Shown: positions 18,529-27,677 of the stretch, piece by piece
Numbering within the stretch: the first letter of the stretch is position 1
Layout of the letters: the number at the start of each line of letters is the position of its first letter
NCBI GenBank assembly: GCA_003169895.1
Contig: PNAE01000004.1
Coordinates: 74,487-138,486 of the forward strand
Direction: 5' to 3'
Length of the DNA stretch: 64,000 nucleotides
Source: Gemmatimonadota bacterium
Lineage (GTDB): Bacteria; Gemmatimonadota; Gemmatimonadetes; Gemmatimonadales; GWC2-71-9
Position numbers and translations under genes: made by a program
Notes under the pieces: model-generated
What the model saw: only the letters and a program-made list of their open reading frames with translations
The model's database searches: none
Told to the model about the DNA's origin: nothing

Positions 18529-19116
18529 TCACGCAAACTCGAACGGGACGGGATGCCCCGCTCGTGCGGCGGCCCGCACGGCCGCCGGAAGCAATCGGTG
18601 TTCCACCGCCAGCACCGCGGCTGCGAGTGTTTCCGCCGAAGCGCCGGGCGGCACTGCAACGCGACCCTGCGCCAGGATCGCGCCGTGGTCATAGGCTTCG
18701 TCTACCACATGGATCGTGGCGCCGCTTTCGCGCTCGCCTGCGGCAAGCACGGCGGCGTGGACCCGTGCTCCGTGCATCCCCGCGCCACCGTACCGTGGCA
18801 ACAACGCCGGATGAACATTGATGATTCGGCCCCGCATTTCCGCGACCACCGCGCCCGGGACCAGGCGCAGATACCCCGCGAGCACCAGCAGGTCGCACGC
18901 TGCGGCGGCGAGGATGCGCTGCCATTCGGCTGCGTCCCGATAGTCCGCCAGCAGGTGCGTTGCGATGCCACGCTCTGCGGCGCGGTCGAGTGCGGCCGCG
19001 GGCCGATCCGCGATCGCCAGCACCACCGCCGCGGCCTGATCGGCCGCGAGCGCATCGCAAAGCGCGACCAGGTTGCTGCCGCGGCCGGAAGCGGCGACCA
19101 CGACCCGGTACGTCAC
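18529..19116 (-). CDS. purN: phosphoribosylglycinamide formyltransferase
   Basis: ASGRGSNL and INVHPALLPRYGGAGMHG motifs. GTG 19116 forms a GTGA overlap with the gmhB stop; the track uses TTG 19125. Confidence 0.9.
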   Translation of the reverse strand: MTYRVVVAASGRGSNLVALCDALAADQAAAVVLAIADRPAAALDRAAERGIATHLLADYRDAAEWQRILAAAACDLLVLAGYLRLVPGAVVAEMRGRIINVHPALLPRYGGAGMHGARVHAAVLAAGERESGATIHVVDEAYDHGAILAQGRVAVPPGASAETLAAAVLAVEHRLLPAAVRAAARAGHPVPFEFA

Positions 19117-19676
19117 AACCCGCAAATGTAATGCGACAGCACGGCCAAGCCGGACGCGAGGTCATCGGAGACATCGGCGCCGAGTGCCCGCGCGGCCTCG
19201 ACATGTTGACCGCCGTGCCCTGTCCGGACCAGCATGGCGTGGCAGCCCAGCTCCTTCGCCGGCTCGAGGTCGCGGAGCTGGTCGCCGATGCACCAGCTTC
19301 GGGCCGGATCGATCGCCCAGGTCGCGATCGCTTCGCGGTAGAGCGCCGTGCCCGGCTTGCGGCAGAGGCATCCCGCTTCGGGAGCGTGGGGGCAATGATA
19401 GCTGGCATCGATCGTGGCGCCGGCATCGCGCAACTGTCGTTCCAGTTCGCGCTGCGTCGCGTCGAAGGCACTCCGCAAGTAGCGGCCGCGGCCGATTCCC
19501 GATTGGTTGGTGATTACGATTCGCGCAACGCCCGCTCGCTCGAGCGCGATTAGCGTGTCCGCCGTGCCCGGTATCAGGCGGACCTGCTCGGGGGTCGAGA
19601 GATACCCGGTGTCCTCGATCAGCGTGCCGTCGCGATCGAGAAACACCGCGGGACGGTCGGCCGCCGGCCCCGTCAT
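19113..19676 (-). CDS. gmhB: D,D-heptose 1,7-bisphosphate phosphatase (HAD-IIIA)
   Basis: FLDRDGTL (DxDxT), Zn-site HCPHAPEAGCLCRKP and GDQLRD. ATGA overlap with the upstream stop. Confidence 0.85.
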   Translation of the reverse strand: MTGPAADRPAVFLDRDGTLIEDTGYLSTPEQVRLIPGTADTLIALERAGVARIVITNQSGIGRGRYLRSAFDATQRELERQLRDAGATIDASYHCPHAPEAGCLCRKPGTALYREAIATWAIDPARSWCIGDQLRDLEPAKELGCHAMLVRTGHGGQHVEAARALGADVSDDLASGLAVLSHYICGL

Positions 19677-20980
19677 CGCGGGCCGTGGACCGTCGAGTCC
19701 GGCTTGACTCGCTTGAGGGAATCGGCCTTGACCGAATCGGCGCGCGCCTTGGCGCTATCGGCGGCCGTGGGCGCTTTGGGCGTGTTGAACCGCCGGCTCA
19801 CCGGCGGCCCGGTGATCCCCCCCGCAGTTCGCACGTCCTTGACCTCGACGAAATAGCTCTTGCCGAGTTCGATGCGTCCACGCGAATGAATCACCAGCAC
19901 GCTGCCGAGTGGGGGACGTTTCTGCCGCACGGAATCGACCGTCCGCACCGGCGGCGCGTCCCGCGCACCTCGCATAAAGCGCCGCGGCGGGGCGGCACGG
20001 GCAGCGGAATCGCGCGCGACACTGTCCTGGCGGGCGACACTATCCTGCTTGGGCGTGCGCGGTGCCACCGCACGAGGATAGATCGAGTCGTACGCGGCCT
20101 TTGGGTAGGCGGCGAGTGGGGCGACGCTGACGGTATCGGAGGGCAGCACCAGGCCGACCCGGAGCGACGTACTGTCGAGATGCTGATGGGGATCAATCGG
20201 TCGGGTGAAGGTGACTGCAATGGACTGGGAATCCTGGCGTGCGACGTCCTGGATCTTCGGCGGCAGCGTGTCGCGCACGAAGGCCCAGATTTCGCCCGCC
20301 GTGTCCTGTGCGGCCGCGACGCGCACCGTGTCCCACGCTTCACCGGGCTGCCGTCTGTGATCGCGGTTCTGGTCGATCGTGGCCGCGACGAGATAACTGC
20401 CGCTGGGCAGTGGCCCCAGCCGAAAACGCCCGGTGGAATCAGTGACGGTGCGATAGCGGGCAGAGTCGGGGAGATGAAATGCTTCAATCAGTGCCTCGGA
20501 CACCCCGGCGTGGGCAGCCCAGTCGACCGCGCGGCCGGAAACAAACCGCGTCGGCGGCTCGCCGCCGGTCGCAAAGGTGATGACCGCTGACAATTTCGAC
20601 CGGTTCTGGCGAAGGTCGGTCACACCGGGGGCCAATTCGATGCGATAGACGGTGTTCGGCTGCCACCCTTTGCGGGGCCGCACGGTGATTCGGTCACGGT
20701 GCCATCGGACGGAGGGTACGGCGGTATCGGGCGACAGCATCACGAGCTTCTCGATGTCGCCGTTGCCATAGCCGAAGTTGGGCTGGCTGCCTTCGGAGAT
20801 CACTTCGTCGAAACGAAATTCCGCTGCGCCGCGGAAGCCGGGCAGCACCTTCACGCTGTCGGGAAAAACGGCCACCAGGACCGGCGGAGTCAGGCGCGCT
20901 GGTCCACCGGGCGGCGCCGCCATGCGGGCACAGGCGCCGAGCAGCAGCGCGGCAGGCGCGATCCGCCTCAGTCGGTGCAT
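19673..20980 (-). CDS. lipoprotein with Ig-like (SbsA/Big_5-like) and carboxypeptidase-regulatory-like domains
   Basis: ATG 20980 gives MHRLRRIAPAALLLGAC (lipobox). TDSTGRFRLGPLPSGSYLV resembles CarboxypepD_reg. The Ig-like assignment is tentative. The start overlaps the valS 3' end by 13 nt. Confidence 0.65.
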   Translation of the reverse strand: MHRLRRIAPAALLLGACARMAAPPGGPARLTPPVLVAVFPDSVKVLPGFRGAAEFRFDEVISEGSQPNFGYGNGDIEKLVMLSPDTAVPSVRWHRDRITVRPRKGWQPNTVYRIELAPGVTDLRQNRSKLSAVITFATGGEPPTRFVSGRAVDWAAHAGVSEALIEAFHLPDSARYRTVTDSTGRFRLGPLPSGSYLVAATIDQNRDHRRQPGEAWDTVRVAAAQDTAGEIWAFVRDTLPPKIQDVARQDSQSIAVTFTRPIDPHQHLDSTSLRVGLVLPSDTVSVAPLAAYPKAAYDSIYPRAVAPRTPKQDSVARQDSVARDSAARAAPPRRFMRGARDAPPVRTVDSVRQKRPPLGSVLVIHSRGRIELGKSYFVEVKDVRTAGGITGPPVSRRFNTPKAPTAADSAKARADSVKADSLKRVKPDSTVHGPR

Positions 20981-23679
20981 TCGAGCGCCTGCCGCTTCTC
21001 GCGCAGGACCGCGGCCTGCGTCCGCCAACCGGCCAACTTGTCTCGTTCCTTTGCCACGACCAGCGCGGGGGCGCGCGCCACAAACTGGGCGTTGCCAAGC
21101 TTGCGTTCCTGGGCGGCGACCAATTCGGCGAGCTTGGCGGCCTCTGCCCGAAGCCTCTGGCACTCCCGGTCCTTGATGCCGGAGCCGTCCAACGGCGTGT
21201 ATACGGTGGAGTGATTCGATAGTATTGACGATGCCGATGGCGTCGGGACCGGATAGTAGGTCACGCCGGCGACAGAAAGCGGACGTGCCTCGGGCGCCGG
21301 GTCTACCAAACGAACGTAAACAGAACCGGTCAACTGACTCACTGTCGACTGTTCACGCAGAACCAGGTCCGCGAACGCCGGTGTGGATGCCTGCACGTAC
21401 GTCCGGACCTTTTCGCCTGGCGGAATCTGATACTCGGCGCGCCGCGTTCGTACGGCAGTGATGAGCTCCTGGAGGGCCGTCAACTCCGCCACGGCGGCAG
21501 GATCGCGAAGCGTGACGTCCGGCACCGGCCATGGCGCGACGCTGATCGACGCGCCGTCGGCGCTATTGGGCAACCGCTGCCACAGCGTCTCGGTGATGAA
21601 CGGCATCACCGGATGAAGCAGGCGCAGCGCAATATCGAAGACGTACGCTGCCACGGCGCGGGCCGCATCGCCGCCAGGTTGGGTACCGTACAGTCGCGGC
21701 TTGATGTGTTCGACGTACCAGTCCGCGAAATCGCTCCACAGGAAGTGATACACCGCAGCGGCGCCGTCGTTGAGGCGGAAGCGCTCGTAGTTGCGTGTCG
21801 AAGCATCGATGGTGTCCTGCAGCCGGCTCAGGATCCACCGATCGGGAAGAGCGAGCGTATCACGCCGTATCGCATCAAGTTCTGCCGCTCCGGCTTCCAG
21901 ATTGCCGAGCAGGAAGCGGCCGATATTCCACAGCTTGTTGGCAAAGTGGCGGCCCGGTGCGAACGAGGTGTCGAGATCGGCCGGATCGAGCATCAGGTCG
22001 GTTCCCACGGACATTCCGCTGATCACGGTGTAGCGCAGTGCGTCGGCGCCGTGGCGCGCGATCACCTCGGTGGGGTCGATCCCGTTGCCAAGTGATTTTG
22101 ACATCTTGCGATGTTGCGTGTCCCGCACGGTGCCATGCAGGTAGACGGTACGGAACGGCACTTCGCCGCCGAATTCCAGGCCGGCAACGATCATCCGCGA
22201 CACCCAGAGGAAGAGGATTTCTGGTGCGGTGACCATGGTCGAGCTCGGGTAGAACGCCCGCAGGTCCTCGGTGTCCTCGGGCCAACCCAGCGACGATAGT
22301 GGTACCAGCCACGATGAGAACCAGGTGTCGAGGACGTCGTCGTCCTGCCGCAGCGGTCCGTGACAACTGGCGCACCGCGACGGATCCTGGCGCGACACGA
22401 TGGTCGTGCTGCACGCGTCGCAATACCACACCGGAATGCGATGGCCCCACCAGAGCTGGCGTGAGATGCACCAGTCGCGGATGCTCTCGAGCCAGTTGGC
22501 GTAGACGTCCCCCTGGAACTCGGGAATGAAGCGCAGCCGCCCGTCGCGATACGCTGCCAGCGCGGGTGCGGCGAGCGGCGTCATCTTCACGAACCATTGA
22601 TCGGAAAGCCGCGGTTCTACCACGGTGTCGCAGCGATAGCAGTGCCCGACTGCATGTCGATGTGGTTCCACCTGCACCAGTAGCCCGAGCTGATCCAACT
22701 CGCCGATCACGCGCTTGCGGGCGTCCAGGCGATCCAGCGCGCGGAATCGCTCCGGGACGTTTTCGTTCATCCGCGCATCGGGCGTCAGGACATCGATCGT
22801 CGCGAGATTGTTGCGCGCCCCGATGTCGAAGTCGAGCGGATCGTGAGCGGGCGTGACCTTCACAGCGCCAGTACCGAACGTGGCATCCACGGCCGCATCG
22901 CCGACAATCGGAATCAGGCGATCGGTCAGTGGCAGGCGCACCATTCTGCCGATCAGAGAGCGGTAGCGTTCATCGCCGGGGTGCACGGCGATCCCCGTAT
23001 CGCCGAGCATCGTCTCGGGCCGCGTGGTGGCGACCACGATCGAACCGTCACCCTCCGCCAGCGGATACCGCAGCTGCCAGATCTGGGCGTCGCGTTCCTC
23101 TTTCTCGACTTCTTCGTTCGAGAGCGTAGTGAGGCAGCGCGGGCACCAGTTGACGATGTACTTGCCGCGATAGATCAATCCCTTGTCGTACAGCCGCACG
23201 AACGCTTCGCGCACCGCGCGCGAGAGCGCGGGGTCGAGCGTATAATAGGTTCGTGACCAGTCGCAGCTCGCGCCCAGCGCCTTGAGCTGTTCGAGGATCG
23301 TGCCGCCGGTCTCGGCGACGAAGGTGCGCACGTGGTCGACGAAGGCGTCGCGTCCGACATCGAATCGCGTCTGGCCCTGCGTTGCCAGCAGCCGTTCCAC
23401 CACGTTCTGCGTGGCGATACCGCCATGATCGGTGCCGGGGACCCAGAGCGCCTTGCGGCCGCGCATCCGCTCAAAGCGGATCAACACGTCCTGAATCGTG
23501 TACGTGAGGCCATGGCCCGCGTGCAACGCCGCGGTGACATTCGGCGGCGGCATCTGGATGACATACGGATCGCCCGGTGCGTCCGCCGGGACGTGATACA
23601 GCTGCCGCTCGGTCCACCAGGCATAGAGCGGCGCTTCGATCGTGTGTGGATCGAACTGGGGAGCCAGCGGTTCGGTCAT
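20968..23679 (-). CDS. valS: valyl-tRNA synthetase
   Basis: PPPNVTAALHAGHG (HIGH region), KMSKSLGN and a C-terminal coiled coil. 903 aa. Confidence 0.97.
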   Translation of the reverse strand: MTEPLAPQFDPHTIEAPLYAWWTERQLYHVPADAPGDPYVIQMPPPNVTAALHAGHGLTYTIQDVLIRFERMRGRKALWVPGTDHGGIATQNVVERLLATQGQTRFDVGRDAFVDHVRTFVAETGGTILEQLKALGASCDWSRTYYTLDPALSRAVREAFVRLYDKGLIYRGKYIVNWCPRCLTTLSNEEVEKEERDAQIWQLRYPLAEGDGSIVVATTRPETMLGDTGIAVHPGDERYRSLIGRMVRLPLTDRLIPIVGDAAVDATFGTGAVKVTPAHDPLDFDIGARNNLATIDVLTPDARMNENVPERFRALDRLDARKRVIGELDQLGLLVQVEPHRHAVGHCYRCDTVVEPRLSDQWFVKMTPLAAPALAAYRDGRLRFIPEFQGDVYANWLESIRDWCISRQLWWGHRIPVWYCDACSTTIVSRQDPSRCASCHGPLRQDDDVLDTWFSSWLVPLSSLGWPEDTEDLRAFYPSSTMVTAPEILFLWVSRMIVAGLEFGGEVPFRTVYLHGTVRDTQHRKMSKSLGNGIDPTEVIARHGADALRYTVISGMSVGTDLMLDPADLDTSFAPGRHFANKLWNIGRFLLGNLEAGAAELDAIRRDTLALPDRWILSRLQDTIDASTRNYERFRLNDGAAAVYHFLWSDFADWYVEHIKPRLYGTQPGGDAARAVAAYVFDIALRLLHPVMPFITETLWQRLPNSADGASISVAPWPVPDVTLRDPAAVAELTALQELITAVRTRRAEYQIPPGEKVRTYVQASTPAFADLVLREQSTVSQLTGSVYVRLVDPAPEARPLSVAGVTYYPVPTPSASSILSNHSTVYTPLDGSGIKDRECQRLRAEAAKLAELVAAQERKLGNAQFVARAPALVVAKERDKLAGWRTQAAVLREKRQALECTD

Positions 23680-24143
23680 GCCAGCAGTTCGTCCGCGCCG
23701 GGTTCGTCGACAGGGACAATCGAATCGTCTTCGCCGCGGACGCGCAGGCAGTTGATGATCGCCGCGGCCGGTACGGCATCGCCGACCAGATGGGCTGCGC
23801 GAGCGCGCGACCGGCGATCCTTCACCCAGCCATGCAGCTCGATGCGCCCCCGGCCCACCGGAACCACTTCGAGCCGGCAGTCGCGCAGCATGAGATCGTC
23901 ATCGAGTGCGGCTTGCGCATGGGCGACAAGCGCGCGGACCGGTTGCCCAGGCGCGACCCGCCGGGCCCGACCGGTAATCGCCCGCCTGGCCACGGGTCCG
24001 GCTACCTCGGTCAGGACAAATCCGATGGCGACGCCCAGGCCAAGGCCGAGGACGATGGCCCCGATGGCGAGAGGGGTTGAGCTGGCCGACGATCCCGAAC
24101 GCGGGGACGGATCGGAGGTGCGGCGTACGGTGATGCGCGTCAT
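23676..24143 (-). CDS. membrane-anchored BON-domain-like protein
   Basis: One TM helix (LAIGAIVLGLGLGVAIGFVL). The C-terminal segment LEVVPVGRGRIELHGWV...AAAIINCLRV resembles a BON domain. ATGA overlap with the valS start. Confidence 0.55.
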   Translation of the reverse strand: MTRITVRRTSDPSPRSGSSASSTPLAIGAIVLGLGLGVAIGFVLTEVAGPVARRAITGRARRVAPGQPVRALVAHAQAALDDDLMLRDCRLEVVPVGRGRIELHGWVKDRRSRARAAHLVGDAVPAAAIINCLRVRGEDDSIVPVDEPGADELLA

Positions 24144-24224
24144 GGCGATTAAACTACAAGGCTTGATGTAGCGGGCCTATGCTGACGGCGATGGGCCGAC
24201 CTTCACGAACCGATAGGATGCATC

Positions 24225-26150
24225 ATGCCCGACCAAATCCGCGTCACCCTCCCCGATGGCTCGGCGCGCGAAGTGCCGGAGGGCACCACCGGGGCTCAGC
24301 TCGCCGCCCAGATCGGGCCAGGCCTGGCGCGGGCCGCGGTGGCGATTCGAGTGAACGGGCACGTTCACGATCTGAACCGGCCGCTGCCCGACGGCGCGAA
24401 GGTCGCCATCCTCACCGAGCGCGACGCCGATTCGCTGGAGGTCCTGCGGCATTCGGCGGCGCACGTGCTCGCCACGGCCGTGCGGGAAGTGTTCCCGGAC
24501 GCGGGGATCGGCTTCGGGCCGGCAATCGAGGAGGGCTTCTACTACGACTTTGACGTCCCGCGGCCGTTCACGCCGGACGACCTCGAGATGATCGAGGAGA
24601 AGATGGCCGTGGTCACGGCGAACGACTATCCGTTCGTGCGGGAAGTCGTGACGCGCGACGAGGCGAATCGTCGCTTCGCCGACGACCCGCTCAAGCTGGA
24701 ACGCATCAGCGAATTGGGGCCGGACGAAACGATTACCGTCTATACCGACGGGTCGTTCGTCGATCTGTGCCGCGGCCCCCACCTCCCGAGCACCGGCAAG
24801 CTGAAGCATTTCAAGCTGCTGTCCGGCGCCGGCGCCTACTGGCGCGGCGACTCGTCGCGACAGATGCTGCAGCGCATCTACGGCACGGCATTCTTCAAAA
24901 AGGAAGACCTTACCCAGCACCTCTTCCGGCTCGACGAAGCGAAGAAGCGTGATCATCGCATCCTCGGCCGGCAGCTGGACCTGTTCATGTTCCATCAGTT
25001 CGCGCCGGGCGCGGTGTTCTGGACCGACCGCGGTACCGCGATGATCAACGAGCTGAACGGCTTCCTGCGCGAACTGCAGCGCGATGGATACCACGAAATC
25101 CGCACGCCGCTGCTGTACAACAAGGCGCTCTGGGAGATCTCGGGCCACTGGGGGAAGTACCAGGAGAACATGTTCCTGGTGCTCGACAGCGAAACCGGCG
25201 AGCACGATTTCTCGCTCAAGCCGATGAACTGTCCGTCGCACTACCTGATGTACCAGGCCAAGAAGCACTCGTACAAGGAGCTGCCACTCCGCTACAACAC
25301 CTACGACGTCCTGCACCGCAACGAGGTGTCCGGGGCGTTGTCCGGGCTCACACGCGTGCGACAGTTCCAGCAGGACGACTGCCATATCTTCCTGATGGAA
25401 CGGCAGATTCAGGCCGAAGTCCACCGGCTTACGCAGTTCATCCTCAAGTACTACGAGACGTTCGGGCTCAAGGCGACGCTCAAGTTCGCCACGCGCCCGG
25501 AAGAGCGCATCGGTACCGACCAGATGTGGGACGAGGCCGAGCGCGCCCTCCGGCATGCCCTCGAAGCCACCGGCTTGCCCTACGAGCTCAAGCCGGGGGA
25601 TGGCGCCTTCTACGGCCCGAAGATCGATTTCGACGTCGAGGACGCGATCGGGCGGAAGTGGCAACTGGGGACGATCCAGCTCGACTACTCCAATCCGGAG
25701 CGGTTCGACCTCAAGTACGTCGGCGAGGATAATGCCGACCATCGGCCGGTGATCATCCATCGTGCCGTGAGCGGGTCGTTCGAGCGGTTCATCGCCATCC
25801 TGATCGAGCACTTTGCTGGTGCCTTCCCCCTCTGGCTGGCGCCGGAACAGGTGCGCGTCCTGCCGATCGCCGATGCGCAGCGGGAGGTGGCCAGCACGCT
25901 GACGCAGCGGCTGCGCGACGCGGGGCTGCGCGCCCATCTCGACGAACGGACCGAAACACTCAACTACCGGATTCGCGACGGCGAGCTGCTGCATGTGCCC
26001 TACATGGCGGTGGTGGGTCAGCGCGAGGCCGAGGCGGGAACGGTCGCTGTGCGGGTGCGCGGGGCGGGGAACAAGCAGGAAATCGTCAGTGTCGAGGAGT
26101 TCGTGGCGCGGCTGGATCAAGAAGTGAAGACGCGCGCATTGTCATCTTGA
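24225..26150 (+). CDS. thrS: threonyl-tRNA synthetase
   Basis: N-terminal TGS domain (IRVTLPDGSAREV), editing-domain HSAAHVL, and class II core motifs (RVRQFQQDDCHIF, HRAVSGSFERF). 641 aa. Confidence 0.97.
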   Translation: MPDQIRVTLPDGSAREVPEGTTGAQLAAQIGPGLARAAVAIRVNGHVHDLNRPLPDGAKVAILTERDADSLEVLRHSAAHVLATAVREVFPDAGIGFGPAIEEGFYYDFDVPRPFTPDDLEMIEEKMAVVTANDYPFVREVVTRDEANRRFADDPLKLERISELGPDETITVYTDGSFVDLCRGPHLPSTGKLKHFKLLSGAGAYWRGDSSRQMLQRIYGTAFFKKEDLTQHLFRLDEAKKRDHRILGRQLDLFMFHQFAPGAVFWTDRGTAMINELNGFLRELQRDGYHEIRTPLLYNKALWEISGHWGKYQENMFLVLDSETGEHDFSLKPMNCPSHYLMYQAKKHSYKELPLRYNTYDVLHRNEVSGALSGLTRVRQFQQDDCHIFLMERQIQAEVHRLTQFILKYYETFGLKATLKFATRPEERIGTDQMWDEAERALRHALEATGLPYELKPGDGAFYGPKIDFDVEDAIGRKWQLGTIQLDYSNPERFDLKYVGEDNADHRPVIIHRAVSGSFERFIAILIEHFAGAFPLWLAPEQVRVLPIADAQREVASTLTQRLRDAGLRAHLDERTETLNYRIRDGELLHVPYMAVVGQREAEAGTVAVRVRGAGNKQEIVSVEEFVARLDQEVKTRALSS

Positions 26151-26241
26151 GCGGAGAGGCCGCTCCACCCGTGGCGCCGGCCCGTTGCTGTGGCCGCGGT
26201 CGCGACGCACCGGATCGCGAACCTGCGACATCGGGTGCCAT

Positions 26242-27675
26242 TCACCGGAGCCGCCAGATGTCGAAGACGCCGGTCGTGCGACGGGCGTTGGCGTTTCCCT
26301 CCGGGAGGGCGATGCGACCATCGACGACGATCGGGCTGTTCCAGTGTCCGCCGCCGCACTCGAGGGTAGCGATCTGCCGGCCGGTGATCGCTTCGTAGAC
26401 GTGGAGCCCGCCGCCGGGATCGTAGACGAAGAGCATCCCGTCGGCGACGACCGGACTCGTCCCGGCCACGGCAACATGCCACGCGGTCCGGAGCCGGCCG
26501 CTCGCGACGGTCCACGCCGCGGTCGCGCCGTTGTCGGCGACGAAGAGCCAGGTGGCGCGATCAGTGCGCCACACTGCCGGCGCGGTGAACAGCCGGTCGC
26601 CCGATGGCGTGGGCACCGTTTGCCGCGCACCGCCCCGGTGCGGCGTCGTGCCCCGCATGCTGGTCCATTCGAGGACGCGGATCACAGCATCCTTGCCGCC
26701 CTGCGCGATCCATCCGTTGCCAAGCAGCGCCGGTGACGTCGAGCCCAGGTCGGCATCCTCGGCGTCGAGTTGCTCCGTATTGGTCGGCGTATAATTGCCG
26801 ACGACGTGCGTCGCGTCAGGATCGAGCTCGATGGTGGCGTCGCCCCAATTCGTCCGCCCATCCCACCGGCCATTGCCCGTGGCGACGAAGAGATCGCCAC
26901 TGCTCGAATCAATCACCGCGCCAGCGCGGCCCCAGATCGCCGCATCGCTTTCCTTGCACGACGCCGGATCCACCAGTTCGTGGCGGTCGCTGCACAGCGA
27001 GTTCCAGACGTGTTCCAGCCGGCCCGTGGCGGCGTCGAGGATCGCGACGTGTCCCTGGTAGGGCGGGGCGTCGCCGATATACCCGCCGGTGGTGGCAATG
27101 ACGCGGCCTCGAAAGAAATTCAACGCCGATGCGATCTTCTCGCGGCTCGGGAGGCTGGTGATCGCGGTGCTCCATCCCACGCTCCCGTCGGCCACCGCGA
27201 GCTTGTGAATGAGGCCGTCGGGCGAGGCGGTGTAGATGAATCGGCGATCGGGATCGGCGACCGGTGTCGCGGTGGTAATCTGCCGTGAGCCCGCGAGATG
27301 CCCATAACTCGGCGGCGTGTATTCCCACAGCACTGCACCATCGTCGGCGTCAATCGCAAGAGTCTTACCGTAGGTCGTGGTGACGAAGAACACATCGTGG
27401 GCTGCGCCATGGACCGGCACCGCATGCAGGTAGATTGCCGACGCGTCCACGGTCCCGTCGATAGTCACCGCCTGGCGGCGCATCGTTCGCACGTTGTCGG
27501 CTGTAATGCCCATGGACACAGTCGGCGCGCTCGAACGGGCGGCGTCCCAACCGAACATCGGCCAATCAACATGCGAACCGGGCCATCGCCCATGCGTTCC
27601 GACGACGGAAGCGACCACCCCCGCGCAGCAAGCGGCGACACGAAGGCGCGAGGTGACTATCGGGCGAGTCGGCAT
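26242..27675 (-). CDS. secreted PQQ-like (BamB-type) beta-propeller repeat protein
   Basis: Repeated W/G-rich blades (VLWEY, VGWST, IWGRAG, TAWHVAV). ATG 27675 lies 2 nt after the upstream stop. Confidence 0.7.
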   Translation of the reverse strand: MPTRPIVTSRLRVAACCAGVVASVVGTHGRWPGSHVDWPMFGWDAARSSAPTVSMGITADNVRTMRRQAVTIDGTVDASAIYLHAVPVHGAAHDVFFVTTTYGKTLAIDADDGAVLWEYTPPSYGHLAGSRQITTATPVADPDRRFIYTASPDGLIHKLAVADGSVGWSTAITSLPSREKIASALNFFRGRVIATTGGYIGDAPPYQGHVAILDAATGRLEHVWNSLCSDRHELVDPASCKESDAAIWGRAGAVIDSSSGDLFVATGNGRWDGRTNWGDATIELDPDATHVVGNYTPTNTEQLDAEDADLGSTSPALLGNGWIAQGGKDAVIRVLEWTSMRGTTPHRGGARQTVPTPSGDRLFTAPAVWRTDRATWLFVADNGATAAWTVASGRLRTAWHVAVAGTSPVVADGMLFVYDPGGGLHVYEAITGRQIATLECGGGHWNSPIVVDGRIALPEGNANARRTTGVFDIWRLR

Positions 27676-27677
27676 GG

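Noticed and set aside
24177-26120. 647-aa ORF on the minus strand
   Set aside because: It is exactly antisense to thrS, whose product has clear TGS, editing and class II synthetase motifs. The antisense translation is Arg/Pro/His-rich with no motifs. This is a typical GC-rich shadow ORF.
26149-26165. GAGCGG-agagg-CCGCTC hairpin at the thrS stop as an intrinsic terminator
   Set aside because: It is a short 6-bp stem with no following T-tract, so I cannot support it as a feature.
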